From a bacterium (lineage in GTDB: Bacteria; Hydrothermota; Tepidihabitantia; Tepidihabitantales; Tepidihabitantaceae): 36,664 nt of DNA. This document shows positions 24,273 through 32,899 of the stretch, piece by piece (the stretch's first letter is position 1; each line of letters starts with the position of its first letter). Where the stretch lies: contig JAWOIB010000015.1 in NCBI GenBank assembly GCA_046484845.1, positions 1 through 36,664 of the forward strand, written 5' to 3'. The notes under the pieces are model-generated. The model was not told the origin of the DNA. It made no database searches and was given only the letters and a program-made list of their open reading frames with translations. A program made the position numbers and the translations under genes.

Positions 24273-26357
24273 ATGTCTGAACCTGCGCAACGCGACGTCC
24301 CGCTTGAGCGGGTACGCAACATCGGTATCGCGGCGCACATCGACGCAGGCAAGACGACCACCACCGAACGTTTCCTTTACTATACCGGCCGCATCCATCG
24401 CATCGGAGAGATTGACGAAGGCACCACCCAGATGGACTGGATGATCCAGGAACGCGAACGCGGCATCACCATTACCTCGGCTGCAGCCACCGTTCACTGG
24501 CGCAACCACCGCATTAACGTAATCGACACCCCGGGACACGTTGACTTCACAATCGAGGTGGAACGCTGCCTCAAGGTCCTTGACGGCGCGGTGATCGTCC
24601 TCTGCGCAGTCGGTGGTGTCGAACCCCAGACCGAGATGGTCTGGCGGCAGGCTGACCGGTACCACATTCCCCGGCTCGCCTTCGTCAACAAACTCGACCG
24701 CAACGGGGCTGACTTCTACCGGGTCATCAAGATGATGGCCGAGACCTTCAGCCAACAGCCATTGCCAGTCCAGCTGCCGATCGGAACTGAGGACGAACAC
24801 ACCGGCGTAATCGACCTGGTCGAGAATGTCGCCTGCATTTGGCAGTCAGCAGATCTCGGGGCTGCCTACCGTACCGAACCGGTCCCAGAAGAGCGCCGGG
24901 CCGAGGTCGACGACTACCGGCACAGACTGATTGACACGCTCAGTATGTTCGACGAGAACCTGCTCGAGAAGTACCTCGGTGGCGTCGAAATCACCCCGAA
25001 CGACCTCAAGGCTGCCCTGCGCCGGGGAACCATTCAACTCAAGGTTGTTCCGGTCTTCTGCGGCAGCGCCTTCCGCAACAAGGGCATTCAGAAACTGATT
25101 GACGGGGTAGTCGACTATCTGCCCTCTCCGCTCGACGTGCCGCCAATCAAGGGCACGAACCCGAAGACCGGCGAGACAGAAACTCGGCAGGCAGACCCGA
25201 AAGCACCGTTCTCGGCCCTGCTCTTCAAGCTCGCCACCGACCCTCACCGTGGCATGCTCAGCTACATCCGGGTCTACTCCGGCCGCGTGAAACCGGGCGA
25301 AGTCGTGTGGTCTGTACCGGAGATGAAACGGGTCAGGATGACCCGGCTACTCATGATGCACGCCAACCGCCAAGAGGAAGTCCCCGAGCTGTCGGCTGGG
25401 GAGATCGGTGCGGTGGTCGGCCTGAAGGATAGCCACACCGGCCAGACCTTGGCCAATCTCGCCCATCCGATTGCCTATGAGAACATTGAAGTGCCCGAGC
25501 CGGTGGTCTTCATCGCCATCGAACCCAGCACCAGGGCTGAGGAAGAGAAGCTCCAGTCGGCGCTTGCCACCTTGGCGCTCGAAGACCCCACCTTCCGACG
25601 CAAGGTGGACGAGGAGACCGGTCAACTCGTGCTCTCTGGTATGGGCGAACTTCATCTAGATATCCTGCTCGACCGGCTCAAACGCGACTTCAAGGTTGGT
25701 GTCCGCTCCGGCCGGCCCCAGGTAAGCTACCGCGAGACGATATTCGGCCGGGCAGTAGCCGAAGGTCGGTTCATCCGTCAAACCGGCGGCTCAGGCCATT
25801 TCGCGGTCGTCACGCTGGCGGTCGAATCGAGCCCCGAGGGAAATGAAGTGGCCAGCAAGCTACCAGGTGGAACTCTACCCGAGCCGTTCGTCAAGGCGAT
25901 CGCCGAAAGCGTCCGCGACGGCTTCGAGTCCGGGGTACTGGCCGGGTTCGAGGTCATCAACACCCGGGTGCGCATTCTCGAAGGCCGGTTCCATGATACC
26001 GACTCGAGCGACGTCGATTTCAAGGTTGCGGCCAGCTCCGCCTTCCGCGACGCCTTCCTCCAAGCCCGGCCGACCTTCCTGGAGCCGATAATGGAGCTCG
26101 AAATCGTTACCCCGGAACAGTACCTCGGTGGCGTGTTGGGCGACGTCACCTCGCGCGACGGCCGCATCACACACATCGAGCCGGTCAAGGGTCACCAGAT
26201 CGTCAAAGCCGAGATTCCCCTGGCCAACACCTTCGGGTACGCAACCACTCTTCGAAGTCTGTCCCAGGGACGCGCCTCGAGTTCGATGCAGTTCAAAACC
26301 TTCCGACCAGTCGACCAAGAGACCCGGGTTCGGCTCTACCCGCTCTTCGCTGACTGA
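24273..26357 (+). CDS. fusA: Elongation factor G (stand-alone, probably a second paralogue)
   Basis: AHIDAGKTT, ERERGITI, DTPGHVDF, NKLD, GMGELHL, PQVSYRETI, LEPIM, LRSLSQGR; no rpsL/rpsG/tuf neighbours. Confidence 0.93.
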   Translation: MSEPAQRDVPLERVRNIGIAAHIDAGKTTTTERFLYYTGRIHRIGEIDEGTTQMDWMIQERERGITITSAAATVHWRNHRINVIDTPGHVDFTIEVERCLKVLDGAVIVLCAVGGVEPQTEMVWRQADRYHIPRLAFVNKLDRNGADFYRVIKMMAETFSQQPLPVQLPIGTEDEHTGVIDLVENVACIWQSADLGAAYRTEPVPEERRAEVDDYRHRLIDTLSMFDENLLEKYLGGVEITPNDLKAALRRGTIQLKVVPVFCGSAFRNKGIQKLIDGVVDYLPSPLDVPPIKGTNPKTGETETRQADPKAPFSALLFKLATDPHRGMLSYIRVYSGRVKPGEVVWSVPEMKRVRMTRLLMMHANRQEEVPELSAGEIGAVVGLKDSHTGQTLANLAHPIAYENIEVPEPVVFIAIEPSTRAEEEKLQSALATLALEDPTFRRKVDEETGQLVLSGMGELHLDILLDRLKRDFKVGVRSGRPQVSYRETIFGRAVAEGRFIRQTGGSGHFAVVTLAVESSPEGNEVASKLPGGTLPEPFVKAIAESVRDGFESGVLAGFEVINTRVRILEGRFHDTDSSDVDFKVAASSAFRDAFLQARPTFLEPIMELEIVTPEQYLGGVLGDVTSRDGRITHIEPVKGHQIVKAEIPLANTFGYATTLRSLSQGRASSSMQFKTFRPVDQETRVRLYPLFAD

Positions 26358-26428
26358 CCTCGCTCACTCCAGGAATGACCGGCAACAGACCCGGACTCAG
26401 CCCCGCGCAGCTGGAAGCGCGGCCGGCG

Positions 26429-26875
26429 CTACCGGATATTCTCAACCGCCTCAAACCACGGGTGAATCCACCCCGGCTCACCCCAGTCGTCCTCATCGTA
26501 GGAGCCGGGCACGACGTACTCCCGCCCGTTCTCGTTGCGCACCCGAAACGTCAATCGGTGGGCGCCCCCGTCTTCGAACAGGAGTTCGACCGTGACCAAC
26601 TCGCCCTTTGCGCCGGTAACGACATAACCGGTCGGGTGGTAGCCATTGATGAGGTAGTCATCCTCCACTAGGTCTATTCCCTGCTCAACCAACCAGGCAG
26701 GAGATATCGCCGCCGCCTGCGCGGCTTCGTCATCCAGCATCATCGCGTCCACGAACGACTCGACTGCATCCACTGCCGGGCTTCCTGGCCTGGTCGCGTG
26801 CCGACCCGGACAACCGGCAACGAGCAGAACCGACATCAGCGCAACCGACGTCAGGACCATCCGCTTACGAAGCAT
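26429..26875 (-). CDS. Hypothetical acidic lipoprotein
   Basis: SD AAGGAGG, basic N-terminus, hydrophobic stretch and LVAGC lipobox; own promoter TTGACA(26919-26924)-N16-TAGCTT(26897-26902). Confidence 0.7.
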   Translation of the reverse strand: MLRKRMVLTSVALMSVLLVAGCPGRHATRPGSPAVDAVESFVDAMMLDDEAAQAAAISPAWLVEQGIDLVEDDYLINGYHPTGYVVTGAKGELVTVELLFEDGGAHRLTFRVRNENGREYVVPGSYDEDDWGEPGWIHPWFEAVENIR

Positions 26876-27400
26876 ATGCCTCCTTTCAGGCGCAAGAAGC
26901 TAGCTCAGCCAGTCGGGCTGTCAACCCGAGCCAGACCGCGCAGGCCGAGCATGGTCGAATCCCGTCCGCCCAGTCGAAACCTGACGCTTCCCGACCGCCC
27001 AGAACTGCTGGCTCGGTTGTTCGCAGGGCAGAAACGAACCATCTGTGCCTGCACGGCATGGAACCCGGTGAACACTACATTCGTGGCGGCGCAGTAACCG
27101 CCCGGCTGCAGACGCCGGCCGATGGGCAGTCATCTCCTGGACGTTGCCGGGATGCTGAACACCTGTCGGGAAACGCATCGTGCCGTGCATGCATTCCCGG
27201 CCACGGCTGCCTGGGGCAAGCCAGACAGGGCGACCGCACTCAAAGACCGGTGTTGCTGGGACATGAGCGTCGGGATGAGGACCGGCACTCATGTTGTTCA
27301 GAACCTTCCCTAAACTGCGGAACAACCGGCATTTGAATCACGGCGTCCCTATGGCCAAGACTGTATGAGTTAGAACAGGCTGCCTCCTTGCCCCTGACTG

Positions 27401-27424
27401 CGAAGCGGGCAGCTGCCCGCTTCG
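27401..27424. repeat. Perfect 24-bp palindrome
   Basis: CGAAGCGGGCAGCTGCCCGCTTCG equals its own reverse complement. Confidence 0.8.
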
Positions 27425-27548
27425 TGCTGTCATCCCATGCCCGTCCACGACCACTTGCTTCTCCGGACAACCATCTCTGCCCTCGGAGCGTCACACTCAT
27501 TGAACGCGACTGGGGAGCCGTTGCCACGACTCCCGACTGCTTACTCCT

Positions 27549-27579
27549 CAGCAAAGGGCGGCCTCGCCGCCCTTTGCTG
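27549..27579 (-). terminator. Terminator-like hairpin after fabG
   Basis: 14-bp stem CAGCAAAGGGCGGC/GCCGCCCTTTGCTG with 3-nt loop, about 30 nt past the fabG stop. Confidence 0.65.
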
Positions 27580-27610
27580 TTGTCTTGGCAGACTTAACGC
27601 CCGGCCGAAA

Positions 27611-28354
27611 CTACATCAGCATTCCACCATCGACCCGGATAACCTGGCCGGTGATGTACGCAGCGGCATCTGAGCAAAGGAACAGACAGGCCTCCGCCAC
27701 GTCTCCCGGGGTGCCGAACCTGCCCAACGGGATTGTCTTCGCGTATGCCTCCCGTGTCGGCTCATCCAGCCTCTGCGTCATCGCGGTCTCGATGAACCCG
27801 GGTGCGACCGCATTGACGGTGATCGCGCGTGCGGCAAGCTCGCGGGCCGCGCTCTTGGTCAGCCCGATCATCCCAGCCTTCGCCGCCGAGTAGTTGGCCT
27901 GCCCGGCATTCCCCATCTGGCCGACAACCGAGGCAATATTGACAACCCGACCCCAACGCGCCTTCATCATCGGACGGGCGCAGGCCTTGATGAAGTTAAA
28001 CGCGCCCTTGAGATTCACCGCCAGCACCGCGTTCCAGTCCTGCTCGCTCATCCGCAGCAGCAGACCGTCGCGCGTAATACCGGCATTGTTGATGAGGATA
28101 TCCGGTCCGCCCAGCTCGGAGGTCACCCTGCCGCAGAGATCCTGGACCGCGGCCGTGTCGCTGACGTCGTTAGCATAGCCGCGCGCCACGCCGCCCGCGG
28201 CGGCTATCGCTGTCGCGCACTGCTCGGCGGCGGTCCCTACCACATCGCACACCGCCAGCCTGGCACCCGCCGCGGCCAGCCGCGATGCGATTTCCCGCCC
28301 GATACCGGCGCCGCCGCCGGTAACAATCGCCACCCTGCCATCAATCCCTTTCAT
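27611..28354 (-). CDS. fabG: 3-oxoacyl-[ACP] reductase
   Basis: TGGGAGIG, NNAGITRD, GNAGQANYSAAKAG, VAPGFIET, VDGG. Confidence 0.95.
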   Translation of the reverse strand: MKGIDGRVAIVTGGGAGIGREIASRLAAAGARLAVCDVVGTAAEQCATAIAAAGGVARGYANDVSDTAAVQDLCGRVTSELGGPDILINNAGITRDGLLLRMSEQDWNAVLAVNLKGAFNFIKACARPMMKARWGRVVNIASVVGQMGNAGQANYSAAKAGMIGLTKSAARELAARAITVNAVAPGFIETAMTQRLDEPTREAYAKTIPLGRFGTPGDVAEACLFLCSDAAAYITGQVIRVDGGMLM

Positions 28355-28377
28355 CTGTCCTCCCGCCCCAACCGACG

Positions 28378-28743
28378 TTATGAACCGGCCCCGGGCTCGG
28401 ACGCCCGCGCGGACATCGTGCAGTTGCCCTCGAAAAAGCTGTCGCGCTGGATGATCAGTCCCTTGCAGCTTATGTTACCGACCACCCGCGCGCCGCTCTG
28501 CAGCTCGACCGTCTCGGCAGCATAGATGTTACCCTCGACCCGCCCGGCTATGATCGCCTCCCGACAGCGGATCTCGCCCTTGATCAGCGACTTCGGCCCG
28601 GCCAGGACCGCATCTGAGATATCGAGCTTGCCCTCGACGGTGCCGTCCATCTGCAGGCTCGCGCCAACCCGCAGGTCGCCGTTGATGGTCGTTTCCGGAC
28701 CGATCGCGGTATCCAAGTTACCTTCGGAATTCTTCCTGGTCAT
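28378..28743 (-). CDS. Bactofilin (polymer-forming cytoskeletal protein)
   Basis: T.IG..T.I.GD, DG.VEG, I.G.V.GNI.A...VEL, FEGNC.M beta-helix pattern. Confidence 0.88.
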   Translation of the reverse strand: MTRKNSEGNLDTAIGPETTINGDLRVGASLQMDGTVEGKLDISDAVLAGPKSLIKGEIRCREAIIAGRVEGNIYAAETVELQSGARVVGNISCKGLIIQRDSFFEGNCTMSARASEPGAGS

Positions 28744-28800
28744 CAGCACTCCCTTCTCTGCTCCAACCGCTGACTGCGACGTGTCGTGAAACGCATCGCG

Positions 28801-30108
28801 TCACTTGCTCAAACGGGCGATCACCCGCTCACTCGGTCGCGGAGCGGCACGTCCGATCGTGAAAGCCGCCAGTGCTGCCCGCCCTGCTTCCTCGGCCTTG
28901 CCGCGGGAAGCTGCATGCACCTCGACCAGCAACCCGCCCTCCTCGACCGGCTCGCCGACCTTGCGTCCGAACACGAACCCGACCGACGGGTCAACCCGAG
29001 CGCCCACCCGCTTCCGGCCCGCGCCGATTTCAACGCCCAACAGGCCGAACCTGAGAGCGTCAATCTGGCGCACATGGCCCGCCGACGGCGACCGAACCTC
29101 GAAAACGTGCTTCGCTCTGGGCAGCAGCGACGGGTCGTCGATCACCCTCGGGTCGCCACCCTGGGCCTCGATCAGCTTCCTGAAGACCTCCAACGCCCGG
29201 CCATCCTTCAACGCCCGCAGCAGCCGCCGACGCGCCTGGGCCGGACTGCGTGACAACCCGGCCAGCAACAGCATCTCCTCGCCCAGCGCCAGAGTCACCT
29301 CCTCGAGGTCCAGGGACCAGCTCCCCTTGAGCGCCTCGATTGCCTCGACGACCTCGAGCGCATTCCCAACCGCGCTGCCGAGCGGTTCGGACATCCCCGT
29401 GATTACCGCCACCACCCGCTTGTGCATCCGCGCCCCGATTCGCAGCATCGTGCGGGCGAGCTGGCGCGCGCGGGACAGCCGGCTCATGAAGGCCCCGGTG
29501 CCCGTCTTCACGTCCAGCACGAGGCCATCGATTCCTTCGGCCAGCTTCTTGGCCATGATGCTTGCGGCAATCAGCGGGATAGAATCCACGGTTGCGGTAA
29601 CGTCCCGCAGCGCGTACATCTTGCGATCCGCCGGGCAGAGCCCGTCGGTCTGGCCCATGATGCTCACCCCGACCCGGCGCAGATTGCGCTCAAACTCCTG
29701 CCGGCTGAGGTCGGTCCGGAACCCCGGAATCGCCTCGAGCTTGTCGAGCGTACCGCCGGTGTGCCCAAGGCTGCGACCGGAAACCATCGGCACCACCACG
29801 CCGCAGGCCGCGGCCAGCGGGGCAAGAATCAAAGAGACCTTGTCGCCCACGCCGCCGGTCGAATGCTTGTCCACTGCCGGCCCGGGCAGGTCGGAAAAGC
29901 TGAACGTCTCGCCGGAATTCAGCAGCGCCAGCGTCAACGCGGTGGTCTCCTCGACACTCATCCCACGGAAGTAGACCGCCATCAGCAGCGCCGCCACCTG
30001 GTAATCCGGGATCGCGCCGCTGGTGAATCCCTCCACCAGGACGTCGATTTCCTGCGGGGTCAACCTGCCACGGTTGCGCTTGCGGAGGATGAGTTCGTAA
30101 GGGTTCAC
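28801..30108 (-). CDS. pdp: Pyrimidine-nucleoside/thymidine phosphorylase
   Basis: IPDYQ, DKHSTGGVGDK, SGRSLGHTGGTLDKLE, YALRDVT, SIMAKK, DVKTGTGAFM, GNALE. Confidence 0.95.
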   Translation of the reverse strand: MNPYELILRKRNRGRLTPQEIDVLVEGFTSGAIPDYQVAALLMAVYFRGMSVEETTALTLALLNSGETFSFSDLPGPAVDKHSTGGVGDKVSLILAPLAAACGVVVPMVSGRSLGHTGGTLDKLEAIPGFRTDLSRQEFERNLRRVGVSIMGQTDGLCPADRKMYALRDVTATVDSIPLIAASIMAKKLAEGIDGLVLDVKTGTGAFMSRLSRARQLARTMLRIGARMHKRVVAVITGMSEPLGSAVGNALEVVEAIEALKGSWSLDLEEVTLALGEEMLLLAGLSRSPAQARRRLLRALKDGRALEVFRKLIEAQGGDPRVIDDPSLLPRAKHVFEVRSPSAGHVRQIDALRFGLLGVEIGAGRKRVGARVDPSVGFVFGRKVGEPVEEGGLLVEVHAASRGKAEEAGRAALAAFTIGRAAPRPSERVIARLSK

Positions 30109-30120
30109 AAGTCTGCTGCC

Positions 30121-30148
30121 ATCATAACCCGGGCGGCCCGGCTGTCAA
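30121..30148 (-). promoter_or_regulatory. Promoter TTGACA-N16-TATGAT of pdp-bactofilin-fabG
   Basis: -35 at 30143-30148 and -10 at 30121-30126, 12 nt before the GTG start. Confidence 0.65.
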
Positions 30149-30172
30149 CGCCCGGAAGCGCGGCCCGGGACG

Positions 30173-30667
30173 TCAGCCGAGCTTAACCAGAAATACGCTC
30201 AGCACCATCCCGAGGCCGATGAGGAGGGTCCAGCCGACGAAGGTGGTGAGCATCCCGGAAGAATCTCGGTGGTAGGTCGCGCTGACCTCGGCAGCGGAAA
30301 GCCGGACATCGAGCGTCTCATCCGGCACCACATAAACCCACTTGGTGCCGACCCGCACCGCCCCACGCTCGTAGCTCGACACCAACCGGTCGCGGTCGGC
30401 GTCGGTGACCAGGCCCTGGGCGAACAACCGCTCCCAGAACGCCTCGGGCGCGCCATCGTTGTAGGCCCGGTAGACCTGTCGCGGCTCGAACAGGCTCACG
30501 AAGTGCCGGCCCGGGCTCAGCTCGAAGGTAGTCGGCGACGCCAGTGAGCGCAGCTCGCCGTCCAGGTAAACTCTGGCCGGCAGGCTGTCGACCTCGACCG
30601 CCAGCCATCCGACCGGCTGGCCGGCTGCCGCGGCCGCAAGCAGAACCAGTAACAGACATATACGCAC
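30173..30667 (-). CDS. Hypothetical exported protein with PEGA-like domain and C-terminal TM anchor
   Basis: Signal peptide, G.L.V......A.VYLDG, LSPGRH.V motif, hydrophobic C-terminus. Confidence 0.6.
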   Translation of the reverse strand: MRICLLLVLLAAAAAGQPVGWLAVEVDSLPARVYLDGELRSLASPTTFELSPGRHFVSLFEPRQVYRAYNDGAPEAFWERLFAQGLVTDADRDRLVSSYERGAVRVGTKWVYVVPDETLDVRLSAAEVSATYHRDSSGMLTTFVGWTLLIGLGMVLSVFLVKLG

Positions 30668-30673
30668 CAGAGA

Positions 30674-30744
30674 AGCCTACCGCACTGGAAGCGCCAGTCA
30701 AACCGCGTCCCGGCGGTTGACCGAAACCTGAACGTCCCTAAGAT
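30674..30744. promoter_or_regulatory. Back-to-back promoters: PEGA-like gene (- strand, TTGACT-N16-TAGGCT) and fabD (+ strand, TTGACC-N16-TAAGAT)
   Basis: Minus strand: 30696-30701 and 30674-30679. Plus strand: 30717-30722 and 30739-30744. Confidence 0.6.
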
Positions 30745-30824
30745 GAAGATGGTGTTACACAGCCGGCCGGGACCAGCGGGACTGCTCGGCCCGGCCGCCT
30801 ATCAAGATTGGAGCACGAGATAAC

Positions 30825-31742
30825 ATGAAGGTCGACTACGGCTTACTTTTCCCCGGGCAGGGCTCACAGTTCGTCGGCATGGGCGCGGACCTCTACGAGC
30901 GCTTCCCGGAATCGCGCGCGGTGTACGACCGTGCGGTCGAACTGCTCGAGTTCGACCTCCGCGAGGTCTCGTTCGCGGGCCCGGAAGAACGGCTGCGCCA
31001 GACCCGTTTCACCCAGCCCGCGATCCTCGTCCATTCGCTGGCGGCGCTTGCCGCGCTCCCCGGTCTTACGCCAGCCGCGGTCGCCGGCCACTCGCTGGGC
31101 GAGTACTCCGCACTCCACGCCGCCGGCGCGCTCGATTTCAAATCCGCAGTCCGGCTCGTCCGACGTCGGGCCGAGTTGATGGCCGAGGAAGGCGACCGAC
31201 AGCCGGGCACGATGGCCGCGCTGCTGGGACTCGAAGCCGCGAAGGTCGAAGAACTATGCGCCTCGGTGGATGGCGTCGTGGTCCCTGCAAACTACAACGA
31301 ACCGCTCCAGACCGTCATCTCCGGCGCGCCGGAAGCGGTGCGACGGGCTGTTGAGCTCGCTCCCGGAATGGGAGCGCGCAAGGCGGTCATGCTACCGGTG
31401 TCCGGTGCGTTCCACTCCCCGCTGCTGGCGGAATCCGCCGCCGCCTTCGCCGAGTTCCTCGCCGGGTTCGAAATCCGTGCTCCCCGCTGCCCGGTCATCG
31501 TCAACGTCTCCGGCATACCGGTGCGGACCGCGGATGAAATCCGGGACGCGCTCGCCCACCAACTCACCAGCCCGGTGCGCTGGGTCGAGACGATGAGAAG
31601 CTGCCTCGCGCTCGGCATCAACGAATTCCTCGAACCCGGGCCGGGCCGGGTACTGGCCGGGCTGGCCCGACGGGTTGACCGCTCGCTGACCGTGACCGCG
31701 GCCGGCACCGCCGACGAAATCGCCGCCCTGCGCGCGAGCTGA
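30825..31742 (+). CDS. fabD: Malonyl CoA-ACP transacylase
   Basis: FPGQGSQ, TQPA, GHSLGEY, ANYN, LPVSGAFHS, PVRW, GPGRVL. Confidence 0.95.
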   Translation: MKVDYGLLFPGQGSQFVGMGADLYERFPESRAVYDRAVELLEFDLREVSFAGPEERLRQTRFTQPAILVHSLAALAALPGLTPAAVAGHSLGEYSALHAAGALDFKSAVRLVRRRAELMAEEGDRQPGTMAALLGLEAAKVEELCASVDGVVVPANYNEPLQTVISGAPEAVRRAVELAPGMGARKAVMLPVSGAFHSPLLAESAAAFAEFLAGFEIRAPRCPVIVNVSGIPVRTADEIRDALAHQLTSPVRWVETMRSCLALGINEFLEPGPGRVLAGLARRVDRSLTVTAAGTADEIAALRAS

Positions 31743-31747
31743 GCAGG

Positions 31748-32899
31748 GTGAAGCTCAAGGCTCGGCCCGACGACTTCCGGGTCGAAGAGCGACTGAGTCT
31801 GCGGCCGGGCCGGCGCGGCCGGTACGCGGTCTACCGGCTGGAGAAGCAGTTCTGGAACACCCTCGACGTCATCCGCGAACTCGAACGCCGGCATGGCTTT
31901 CGAGGCATCGGCCGGGCCGGTCTCAAGGACCGCTACGCCCGCTCGGTCCAGTTCCTCTCCACTCGAACCGCTGGCCCGCCGACCATCCGCGAGAAGAACT
32001 GGCAGGTCACCCTCGTCGGGCGCAGTGACGAACCGGTTTCACGTGACGTCCTGCTCGGCAACCGTTTCACTGTCACGCTCCGGGCGCTGACCGAACCGGA
32101 ACTGGCGGCGGTCCGGCGGGCCTGGCCGGACGCCTGCCGCGGCGGCATTCCCAACTACTACGACGAACAGCGGCTCGGCTCTGCCCGGCACGGCGAAGGC
32201 TTCATCGCCCGGCGGCTGATTGCCGGCCATTACAACGGTGCCCTGAAGCTCTGGCTGGCGACCTCGTCCGCGACCGACGACCCCGCGACCCGGCGCCGCA
32301 AGCAGGCAATGCTTGAGCACTGGGGCGACTGGCGACGCTGTCGGTCGCTGGTCCTGCCCGAAGCCCGGGACGCGCTCGACCGGCTGGTCGCCGACCCCGA
32401 CGATCTCGAGGGAGCGGTCCGGGCCATCGACCGGCCGCTGCTCGAACTGTTCCTCAACGCCTGGCAGGCCTGGGTCTGGAACGAAACCCTGGCGCTGGTG
32501 CTCCAGCGCAGCGGGCTCAGCCTGCGCCGGCTCGAGTACCGCCTCGGCAGCTTCGCGTTCTACGACCGGCTCCAGGGCGGCCAGTTTCGCTACCTCTCGA
32601 AACTGGTCATCCCAACGCCCGGCCAGCATGCCCGGTTCGCCAGCGACCGGGTCGAACAGGCCCTGACCGAAGTTCTCGCCCGCGACGGGCTTGACCTGTC
32701 CCGGGTCAAACTGCGCTTCCGGGTCCGGGGGCTGTTCTTCAAGTCCTGGGACCGGCCCGCCATCGTCATCCCGAAGAACCCGGTGCTCTCCCGGCCCGGG
32801 CCGGACGAGCTCTACCCCGGCCGCTCCCGGCTCACCGCCGGGTTCTTCCTGCCTGCCGGCTCGTACGCCACGATGCTGGTCAAGAGGCTGCTGCTATGA
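31748..32899 (+). CDS. truD: tRNA pseudouridine(13) synthase
   Basis: PDDFRVEE, AGLKD, GNRF.VTLR, PNYY.EQR.G, F.LP.GSYAT. Confidence 0.9.
   Translation: MKLKARPDDFRVEERLSLRPGRRGRYAVYRLEKQFWNTLDVIRELERRHGFRGIGRAGLKDRYARSVQFLSTRTAGPPTIREKNWQVTLVGRSDEPVSRDVLLGNRFTVTLRALTEPELAAVRRAWPDACRGGIPNYYDEQRLGSARHGEGFIARRLIAGHYNGALKLWLATSSATDDPATRRRKQAMLEHWGDWRRCRSLVLPEARDALDRLVADPDDLEGAVRAIDRPLLELFLNAWQAWVWNETLALVLQRSGLSLRRLEYRLGSFAFYDRLQGGQFRYLSKLVIPTPGQHARFASDRVEQALTEVLARDGLDLSRVKLRFRVRGLFFKSWDRPAIVIPKNPVLSRPGPDELYPGRSRLTAGFFLPAGSYATMLVKRLLL

Noticed and set aside
27351-27503. Possible selenoprotein ORF (ATG GCC AAG ACT GTA TGA...) in the non-coding gap
   Set aside because: No SD, no redox motif or family resemblance, and no convincing SECIS.
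30745-30800. Fluoride riboswitch suggested by GATGGTGTT upstream of fabD
   Set aside because: The P1 pairing partner and downstream TGATGAC motif are missing, and the gene context is unrelated.
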